A stretch of 32,000 nt of DNA from Pirellula staleyi DSM 6068 (GTDB lineage: Bacteria; Planctomycetota; Planctomycetia; Pirellulales; Pirellulaceae): contig CP001848.1 of assembly GCA_000025185.1 (NCBI GenBank), forward strand, positions 3,510,001 to 3,542,000, written 5' to 3'. A program made the translations under genes and the position numbers. The notes below the pieces were generated by a model that was given only the letters and a program-made list of their open reading frames with translations, was not told the DNA's origin and did not search any database. This document shows, in pieces, positions 22,302 to 29,483 of this stretch. Position 1 is the stretch's first letter. Each line of letters opens with the position of its first letter.

Positions 22302-23741
22302 CTAACCGTTGATGATTTTTTCGCACGGTGCCCCTTCGTTGAGCGTGGGACGCTCGGGGCGATTCTTGTGCATGTAAACCAGCTCCATGTTGTCGATGCC
22401 GAGCAGACGCAGGATCGTCGCATGGAAGTCGTGCACGTGGAGTCGATCTTCAGCAGCATGCAGACCGATCTCGTCGGTGCTGCCGACGGTGCGACCCCCT
22501 TTGAGTTTCGCGCCAGCCATCCACATCGTAAAACCGGTCGGGTTATGATCGCGGCCGTTCCCTTTTTCGCTCATCGGTGTGCGGCCAAACTCGCCACCCC
22601 ACACCACCAGCGTGTCGTCGAGGAGTCCACGCCGTTTGAGATCGGCTAGTAGACCAGCGATCGGCTTATCGGTTGCTTTGCAAAGTCCGCTATGGTTTTT
22701 TTCGATGTTGGCGTGAGCATCCCATTTGCTTCCGGCGCCGCTGTAGAGCTGAATGAAACGAACACCGCGTTCGACCATTCGCCGCGCGAGCAAACACATC
22801 CGCCCAAACGATTCAGTCTCTTTTTCATCGATGCCGTAGAGTGCTTTGGTCTCCGCTGTTTCGGCATTCAGGTCCACCGCTTCAGGAGCTTCGGCTTGCA
22901 TGCGGAACGCCAGTTCATAGCTGGCGATGCGTGCCTCGAGTTCCGATTGCGATGCTCGCTCGCGAGCATGCAGCCGATTATTTTTTTCGAGTAGTTCGAG
23001 CTTCTCTTTTTGAAGCGAGCTCGACACGGTCGAGGGGGTCTTGAGGTACCGAATCGGTTCATCGCCACTGCGCAGCGGCGTTCCTTGATGCACCGCTGGC
23101 ATGAACCCGGCGCCCCAATTGCGCGGGCCGTTGATGACTTGATTCGCGTTGTCTTCGAGCACCACAAACGAAGGGAGATTTTTGTTCTCACTTCCCAGTC
23201 CGTAGGTGACCCAGCTCCCGAGTGATGGCCGACCAGCGATGGTGCTACCGGTGTTCATCTGACAGACACCACCCGAGTGATTAATTCCGTCGCTATAGAG
23301 CGACCTGACCACGCACAAATCGTCGGCCATAGTGGCAGTGTGTGGCAGCCAATCGGAGACCCACAAACCACCTTCGCCATGCTGTTTCCACTTGCGCGGA
23401 GAAGGCATGATCGGTGGATTGCTCTCTCCCATCGCAAGAATCACGGGCTTGAAACTAGCGGGGAGTGGCTGACCTGCGAGCTTCTCGAGTTCGGGCTTGG
23501 GATCGAACAGATCGATGTGACTCGGGCCACCTTCCATGAACAAAAAGATCACGCTCTTGGCGCGGGGTTCATAGTGGGGCGCTGGTTTGCCAGCGGCGCT
23601 GAGCGAACTGTCGGCACGCAGTGTGCCTTCCAGCAACGAGCTGAGCGCGAGTCCACCAAAGCCGGCTCCCGCTTGCGTCAGCATTTCGCGGCGCGAGAGC
23701 CAGTGGCTGTTGCGAGCGTGATTTCGCGAGTCGTTTTGCAT
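22302..23741 (-). CDS. DUF1501 family protein (sulfatase/alkaline-phosphatase-superfamily-like) with a twin-arginine signal, 479 aa
   Basis: ATG start. Tat-like N-terminus SRREMLTQAGAGFGGLALSSLL. Family motifs FLFMEGGPSHIDLFDPKP, CLLARRMVERGVRF, VVWGGEFGRTP and GRDHNP. Confidence 0.9.
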   Translation of the reverse strand: MQNDSRNHARNSHWLSRREMLTQAGAGFGGLALSSLLEGTLRADSSLSAAGKPAPHYEPRAKSVIFLFMEGGPSHIDLFDPKPELEKLAGQPLPASFKPVILAMGESNPPIMPSPRKWKQHGEGGLWVSDWLPHTATMADDLCVVRSLYSDGINHSGGVCQMNTGSTIAGRPSLGSWVTYGLGSENKNLPSFVVLEDNANQVINGPRNWGAGFMPAVHQGTPLRSGDEPIRYLKTPSTVSSSLQKEKLELLEKNNRLHARERASQSELEARIASYELAFRMQAEAPEAVDLNAETAETKALYGIDEKETESFGRMCLLARRMVERGVRFIQLYSGAGSKWDAHANIEKNHSGLCKATDKPIAGLLADLKRRGLLDDTLVVWGGEFGRTPMSEKGNGRDHNPTGFTMWMAGAKLKGGRTVGSTDEIGLHAAEDRLHVHDFHATILRLLGIDNMELVYMHKNRPERPTLNEGAPCEKIING

Positions 23742-23790
23742 CGGATCAGGCTTTGGATAAAGGCGTCGCGAAGTTGAACTGGTGGCAAGT

Positions 23791-26268
23791 TTAGTCGACG
23801 TAGAGGAACTCGCTCGAGTTCATCAGCACGTGACAAAAATTGGTGTAGGGAAGTTTGGCATCTTTCGGAATGTCGGCGAAAAACTCGGCGGCGAACTTCT
23901 GTTCTTCTTCGGTAGGTTCGCGCGAAAGGATGCGCAAGTAAGCCTCGCGCGTTTGAATCGTCCGGTCGTTACCCACATGCTCTGCGATCTTGTGCGCGAG
24001 GACTTTGGCCCGCTCGAGCATCCACGGACCGTTGATCAGCAGCAGAGCCTGATTGGCGGTGGTGGTGTTGTTGCGAACCGGAGCGCTGCCGATCCCTTCG
24101 GGAACATCGAACACTTCGAGGAGTGGATCGCGTTTGTTGCGGAACACTTTCACGTAGATACTGCGGCGAGGGTCGGCTGGTTCGGCTCCTTCGCCACCCA
24201 CCTGAGGATCGAGTTCGCCCGAGACTGCGAGCGCGGCATCGCGAATCTGCTCAGCTGCCAAACGGCGCACCGTCATGCGAGCGAGGAACTTGTTGGCGGG
24301 ATCGCGGGCCACACTCGCGGCGAGTTCAGGGCCGCGCGATGCTTGGCGATAAGCGGCCGAAGTGACCATCAGACGATGAATCGGCTTGAGCCGGAAATCG
24401 TGCGCGGCCAATTGATGCGCCAGATAATCGAGCAGCTGAGGATGCGTGGGTGGCTGACCGAGTCGGCCAAAATCGCTCGCCGATTCCACGAGTCCCACCC
24501 CGAAGTGATACTGCCACATCCGGTTGACCATTACGCGCGCGGTGAGCGGATTTTCGGGGGAAGCAATCCAGTTGGCCAGAGCCAATCGGCGTCCCGTTGT
24601 TGCCGAATCGGCAGGGGGCACAATCGCATGATTGCTGGGCGAACTAGACGAGGAAACGAGAACGGTCGGTGGACCAGGCAAGACTTCTGCAGCGGCCCGT
24701 TTTCCTGGGATCAGCGTCGGTGGAGCTACCGGGCCAATGTCGGTGGCGGTTGCCATGGTTGGAATCGCTTGCGGCTTCTGCTTCTCGAGTTCGGCGAGCT
24801 GCTGCTTGAGCGCGGTCCATTGCTCGAGTCGCTGTCCGGTCAACTTCTTGGTGAAGTCGACCTTCTTGATATCGTCGTACGCTTGCCGCAAGGCGAGCTG
24901 GTAGAGCTGTTCTTCGTACGGTGTGCGCTCGGCTGCCTGCTTGAAGAGCGCGGGCTTCACTTCTTCCGGAAATCGCGACAGCTGCGAGCGAGCTGCGGCA
25001 TCGAGATGCGGTCGCTCGATCGCTTCGATTGCGGCACGAATGGGGGCGGTTGCATTTTCCCAAGCGGCCAGCGCCTCTTGCTGGGAAGGCTCGACCAGCA
25101 ACGTTTCATCGCGCCAGCCGAGCGGCGTGAAATGGGCCTGCAGTCGGAAATAATCTTCCTGCAAAATCGGGTCGAACTTGTGATCGTGGCAGCGGGCGCA
25201 CTGCATTCCCATGCCGAGAAACACGTCGGCGGTGACATCGGTCAGGTCGTTGAGAATCACGCTCCACTGCGTCTTGACGTCGCGCTGGTTGTACTCGTAG
25301 ACCCCGAGTCGCAAGTAGCCTGTGGCGGCCAAGTTCTCGGCGGTGATCGGACGGAGCTCATCCCCGGCGAGTTGCTGGCGGATGAACTCGGTGTAAGGCT
25401 TGTCGTTATTGAAGGCATCGATCACGTAATCGCGATAACGCCAAGCAGTGGGACGATAGGCGTCTTGCTTATAGCCATCCGATTCCGCATAGCGCACCAG
25501 ATCGAGCCAGTGCCGTGCCCAGCGCTCGCCATACGCTCGGCTGGCGAGCAAACGATCGACGAGATGTTCGTACGCATCGTCGCGCTCATCGGCCAGGAAT
25601 TGCTGCAGTTCTTCCGCGGTGGGAGGAAGCCCGGTGAGGTCGAACTTCACGCGTCGCAGCAGTGTGGCTTTGTCGGCTTCAGCGGCAGGCTGCAGTTCTT
25701 GCTGCTGCATGGCTGCCAAGAGGAACTGATCGATGGCGCCGCGCGACCACGTATCTGCCGCGATTTTCGGCGGCGCGATCGGGGCAATCGGCTGAAATGC
25801 CCAGTAGCTGCGATCTTCGTCGGTGATCTCGTGACGCTTCACACGTAGCGCGGGCCCCGTCCCTGCCGGGTCGGCTGGAAAAGGTGCGCCGATCTTCACC
25901 CATTCGGTCAGAATGGCGATCTTGTCGTCGGGCAGTTTTCCACTCGGTGGCATCTCGAGCGACTCGTAACGAATCGCTTCGATCAGCAAACTTTCGTCCG
26001 GCTTACCGGCAACGATTGCAGCTCCCGATTCGCCACCTTGCTGCAGTGAAGCATGGGTATCTAAGCGTAACTCTCCCTTGTGTTTATCTCCCGCATGACA
26101 GCCGTGGCAATGCTCGACGAAGATCGGACGGACCTTGCTTTCGAAGAAGGCGATCGCTTCGCTCGAGGGCTCGGGCGAGGCGGCGTAGGTCGTCGATGTC
26201 AGCAGGCAGACGAGGATCGCCAGCGGGGCGATGCATCGTCGCTTCTGGAGTCGAGCGGCAGAGGGCAT
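23791..26268 (-). CDS. Planctomycete cytochrome-c (PSCyt1) + DUF1549 (PSCyt2) + DUF1553 (PSD1) protein
   Basis: Heme motif FVEHCHGCHAGDKHKGELRLD. DUF1549-type segment RRVKFDLTGLPPTAEELQQFL ... RLLASRAYGERWARHWLDLVRYAESDGY. DUF1553-type segment CARCHDHKFDPILQEDYFRLQAHF. The likely start is the ATG at 26268 (MPSAARLQKRRCIAPLAILVCLLTSTTYA, a signal peptide). The track start at 26373 adds 35 residues ahead of the signal peptide. Confidence 0.9.
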   Translation of the reverse strand: MPSAARLQKRRCIAPLAILVCLLTSTTYAASPEPSSEAIAFFESKVRPIFVEHCHGCHAGDKHKGELRLDTHASLQQGGESGAAIVAGKPDESLLIEAIRYESLEMPPSGKLPDDKIAILTEWVKIGAPFPADPAGTGPALRVKRHEITDEDRSYWAFQPIAPIAPPKIAADTWSRGAIDQFLLAAMQQQELQPAAEADKATLLRRVKFDLTGLPPTAEELQQFLADERDDAYEHLVDRLLASRAYGERWARHWLDLVRYAESDGYKQDAYRPTAWRYRDYVIDAFNNDKPYTEFIRQQLAGDELRPITAENLAATGYLRLGVYEYNQRDVKTQWSVILNDLTDVTADVFLGMGMQCARCHDHKFDPILQEDYFRLQAHFTPLGWRDETLLVEPSQQEALAAWENATAPIRAAIEAIERPHLDAAARSQLSRFPEEVKPALFKQAAERTPYEEQLYQLALRQAYDDIKKVDFTKKLTGQRLEQWTALKQQLAELEKQKPQAIPTMATATDIGPVAPPTLIPGKRAAAEVLPGPPTVLVSSSSSPSNHAIVPPADSATTGRRLALANWIASPENPLTARVMVNRMWQYHFGVGLVESASDFGRLGQPPTHPQLLDYLAHQLAAHDFRLKPIHRLMVTSAAYRQASRGPELAASVARDPANKFLARMTVRRLAAEQIRDAALAVSGELDPQVGGEGAEPADPRRSIYVKVFRNKRDPLLEVFDVPEGIGSAPVRNNTTTANQALLLINGPWMLERAKVLAHKIAEHVGNDRTIQTREAYLRILSREPTEEEQKFAAEFFADIPKDAKLPYTNFCHVLMNSSEFLYVD

Positions 26269-26456
26269 GCGTGGAGTTTCCTTCCCACGTGGGAGCAAAG
26301 TCGCCAAGGAGCGATCGATCAGCGCGAGCCTCGGAAGGGCCGCTCCATGATCCATCGGAACATACTTGTGCAAACTTTGATGGTATCCCGCCCGCTGCGC
26401 ACCGTCAACGAAAACTGACCCGAAATGGGCCAGTCGGAAGGTGTGTTATAGGGGCC

Positions 26457-26489
26457 AAAACTCGCGCAAAAGCGCAACATGCGCGAGTT
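26457..26489 (-). terminator. Rho-independent terminator candidate for the EboE-like gene
   Basis: A perfect 10-bp inverted repeat: AACTCGCGCA (26459-26468) and TGCGCGAGTT (26480-26489), with an 11-nt loop. On the minus-strand RNA the GC-rich stem CUCGCGCA/UGCGCGAG runs into UUUU (plus-strand aaaa at 26457-26460). It lies 39 nt downstream of the stop codon at 26528. Confidence 0.55.
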
Positions 26490-26527
26490 CACGCGCGCCC
26501 CTCGCTGGAAGTCCTTTAACCTCGCCC

Positions 26528-27709
26528 TTAGCCTCGGTTGGCGGCGAGCCAGCGGAGCTCGTCGGCGATCCCATCAGCGAGTGCCCCGCGCCGGAGCTCG
26601 TCGGGAAGCACACCCCAGGCATAGGTCTCGACCTCGAAGTGCTCGCAGGTCGACATTTCACGCGCTGCTGTTAACGCCTCGCGGATATCCGACTGCGACG
26701 TGCTGAGGTAGCCGAAGCAAGGCAGGAAAATCGGTACGTGGAAGTGCGTCCGCCAGCAGCCGGTCAGGTTGTGACGCTCGGCGGCAATCGCTTCCGCCAG
26801 ATCGGTGTAGAGGACGCGCTTCCCTTCGCGCATCACGGTGGTTTGATGCAGGTAGCGAGGTTCGTGAAAGGCAGCCAGTTGCTCGAGCGCCGCTTCGCGC
26901 TCGCCACCGGCCAGACGATCGAAGTCGAGAATCACTGCCGACGAGACTTGCATCTTGCCGACTTCAATGCCTGCGTCGCGATATAAACGAAAGGCTTCGC
27001 GCTGCGGCTCGAACATCACCGCCGAATGGCAGACGTCGTGACAGATCCGCAAGTGACGCCGCACCAAATCGTCGTCGGCGCTGCCGAGCAGATGCGTTTG
27101 AAAGAACTCGACCATGTCGGTCGCTTCGTCGAGCAAGCAACCTGGCTCGGGCTCGATGCAAACCGACATCAGCCGACCGGTGCGCTGTTCGATGCCAGCG
27201 AGATGCCGCGCGACGGTCCGCAGATGTTCGCCGGCGATCTGCAGCTGCTCGTCACCCACCTCAGGCGTAGGCCAGCCGAGCGGCAAGGTCGAGATGCTTC
27301 CATACTCACCCGGCTCGAGCAGTTCGTCGAGAATATCGGCGAGCAGGCAGGTGTAGTCGAGTCGTTCTCGATCCCACCAGGTCGGTTTGTAAACTTCGTG
27401 CTTGACGACAGGCTGATGAAAATCGCCGTAGGGAAAACCGTTCACGGTGTAGGGCTTCAAACCATTCTCGCGCAGCCAAGTGCGGAACTCGGCAACGCCA
27501 TCGGTCTCGCGCAGCTGCTGTGCCACTGGCGCGCTCATCCAGAGCCCCACCCCCATCATCTGTGTAGGAGCAAATTTTTCGCGCACCTGCACAGCATACT
27601 TCTCAAGACTTTCGCGCATCCCCGCGAGGCCATGACCTGCGTGTACGTTGGTGCAATATCCAATGCTCGATGCCGCCGCAACTTGTTTCCCCGCAACCCG
27701 CGTGATCAT
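26528..27709 (-). CDS. Xylose-isomerase-like TIM-barrel protein, EboE-like (393 aa)
   Basis: ATG start. Motif string IGYCTNVHAGHG ... YTVNGFPYGDFHQPVVKHEVYKPTWWDRERLDYTCLLADILDELL ... GSISTLPLGW. This matches my recollection of the EboE/sugar-phosphate-isomerase-like family pattern (CTN[IV]H, NGFPYG.FH, V...VY.P.W, R..YT). Not verified by search. Confidence 0.6.
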   Translation of the reverse strand: MITRVAGKQVAAASSIGYCTNVHAGHGLAGMRESLEKYAVQVREKFAPTQMMGVGLWMSAPVAQQLRETDGVAEFRTWLRENGLKPYTVNGFPYGDFHQPVVKHEVYKPTWWDRERLDYTCLLADILDELLEPGEYGSISTLPLGWPTPEVGDEQLQIAGEHLRTVARHLAGIEQRTGRLMSVCIEPEPGCLLDEATDMVEFFQTHLLGSADDDLVRRHLRICHDVCHSAVMFEPQREAFRLYRDAGIEVGKMQVSSAVILDFDRLAGGEREAALEQLAAFHEPRYLHQTTVMREGKRVLYTDLAEAIAAERHNLTGCWRTHFHVPIFLPCFGYLSTSQSDIREALTAAREMSTCEHFEVETYAWGVLPDELRRGALADGIADELRWLAANRG

Positions 27710-27980
27710 TTCCGGTCGTAGCTTTCTTCGAAGTGGAGGGCGACATCACTTGTCGCCAGTCTGAATTGTAATCCAACAGAGTCGCAAGCGTTAATGGCCT
27801 GACTGAAGGTTGCTCGGCGTTTATCTATCGAGCAATGTTATGTATTTCTGGGGGTGCTATTGGCAGCTCAACATGATTGTCGTCGTTACGTGCTCAACAT
27901 TGCTGGGCAAGCCAGCAGTGCCACCCCGTTTTCAATGATATTCATCGTTAGTCGAAGTACTACTTATAGCTTGGCTCGAT

Positions 27981-29477
27981 TTATCGGAGCAGCGGCTGAA
28001 CCACCTTGCCCCCTTGATCGGTAAGGCGCACGTCGAGCCCCTTGAAGGGGACGACCAGTTTTTTGTGATCGAAGCCAAACAGGTGCAGAATCGTCGCGTG
28101 AAAGTCGTTCATGTGGACCGGATTTTCGACGACGCTCCAGCCGATCTCGTCGGTCTTGCCGTAGACCGTTCCCCCTTTGATGCCACCCCCGGCCATCCAC
28201 AAACTGAAGGCGAACGGATGATGGTCGCGCCCTGCTTTTTCGGGCATTTTTCCGCCCCGATTCTCGGCCAATGGGGTGCGACCAAATTCGCTGGCAAACA
28301 CCACCAGCGTATCATCGAGCATCCCGCGCTGCTTCAGATCTTTGAGGAGTGCTGCCATCGGCTGATCGGCCATGCTGGTGCAGTAGGCAAGTTCGTCATC
28401 GAGATTGCTATGGTGATCCCACGATGAGTGGACGAGCGTCACAAACCGGACGCCGCGCTCGACCATTCGCCGCGCGAGCAAACAGTTGCGAGCAAAACGC
28501 TGATGCACATCGGGACCACCGCCGCGACTGCTCTTGATGCTCGGCTCGGGGCGATCGCAGCCATACATGTCGAGTGTGGCCTGCGTCTCTTGACTCAGGT
28601 CGACCAGTTCCGGCGCTGCCGACTGCATCCGAAACGCCAGTTCATAGGCCGCGATGCGGCTCGCGATTTCGCCATCTCCAGCTTCGGCCAGATGCTGCGC
28701 GTTGAGCTCCGAGAGCGCTTGGAGATCGCGCGATTGCATCTCCTGGGTGACACCTGCGGGACTGGCCAGATTGAGAACCGGAGTCCCTTTGTCGCGAAAC
28801 AGCACCCCTTGATAGGTCGACGGCAGAAAACCGCTCGACCAGTTCGAGACCCCCGCGCTCCCACCACGACCTGCGGTAAGAACCACATAGCCGGGCAAGT
28901 TCGCGCTTTCGCTCCCGAGGCCATAAGTGAGCCACGAGCCTACCGAAGGACGACCAAACCGAGGGACACCACTCATCAGCATCAGCTGCGCGGGATGATG
29001 ATTAAACGCATCGGTGTGCATCGAACGGACGAGGGCAATGTCGTCGGCACACTGGCCGATATGCGGCAGATAGTCGGAAAGCTCCATGCCACACTCGCCA
29101 TGCGCGGTGAACTTGCGTGGGCTCCCCCAGAGGACAGCGGTCTCTTTTTTGATGAACGCGAAACGGACTTTCTCGGTCATCGAGTCGGGGAGCTTTTCCC
29201 CGTGCATCGCTTGCAGTTTCGGCTTGGGATCGTAGAGGTCGATATGGCTCGGCGCACCTTCCGGTAGAAAGAAGATGCACCGTTTGGCTTTGGGAGCAAA
29301 GTGAGGTGGTTTCGGAGCCAAAGGATCATGCGCACGATCGACCGATTCGTCGGCCAGTGCGCCATGCTCGCGCAGCAGCGAAGCGAGCGCAAGCAGGCCG
29401 ATCCCCGACGCGCTGCTGGTGAAAAACTGGCGTCGCGCGAGATCGATTTGCTTTTCTAGCGGCAAGGGGCTGTGCAT
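27981..29477 (-). CDS. DUF1501 family protein (sulfatase-superfamily-like) with a twin-arginine signal, 498 aa
   Basis: ATG start. Tat-like N-terminus ARRQFFTSSASGIGLLALASLL. Motifs FFLPEGAPSHIDLYDPKP, CLLARRMVERGVRF, VVFASEFGRTP and GRDHHP. It is a paralog of 22302-23741. Confidence 0.9.
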   Translation of the reverse strand: MHSPLPLEKQIDLARRQFFTSSASGIGLLALASLLREHGALADESVDRAHDPLAPKPPHFAPKAKRCIFFLPEGAPSHIDLYDPKPKLQAMHGEKLPDSMTEKVRFAFIKKETAVLWGSPRKFTAHGECGMELSDYLPHIGQCADDIALVRSMHTDAFNHHPAQLMLMSGVPRFGRPSVGSWLTYGLGSESANLPGYVVLTAGRGGSAGVSNWSSGFLPSTYQGVLFRDKGTPVLNLASPAGVTQEMQSRDLQALSELNAQHLAEAGDGEIASRIAAYELAFRMQSAAPELVDLSQETQATLDMYGCDRPEPSIKSSRGGGPDVHQRFARNCLLARRMVERGVRFVTLVHSSWDHHSNLDDELAYCTSMADQPMAALLKDLKQRGMLDDTLVVFASEFGRTPLAENRGGKMPEKAGRDHHPFAFSLWMAGGGIKGGTVYGKTDEIGWSVVENPVHMNDFHATILHLFGFDHKKLVVPFKGLDVRLTDQGGKVVQPLLR

Positions 29478-29483
29478 CGACGG

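Noticed and set aside
23782-25848. A 688-aa plus-strand ORF antisense to the DUF1549/DUF1553 gene. Similar long antisense ORFs occur at 970-1962 (+), 7495-8541 (-), 14420-15250 (-), 16308-17240 (-), 27026-27721 (+), 28428-29267 (+), 29472-30272 (+) and 31104-31754 (+).
   Set aside because: I checked the first eight, and each is in exact codon register with a motif-supported gene on the opposite strand (same coordinate modulo 3). In that register a stop would require the sense codons TTA, CTA or TCA, which this genome evidently avoids. The translations are Arg/Leu/Gly-rich with no family motifs. The 7495-8541 ORF simply mirrors the GEGKP repeat as LTFSG/FTFSR. These are classic mirror-ORF artefacts.
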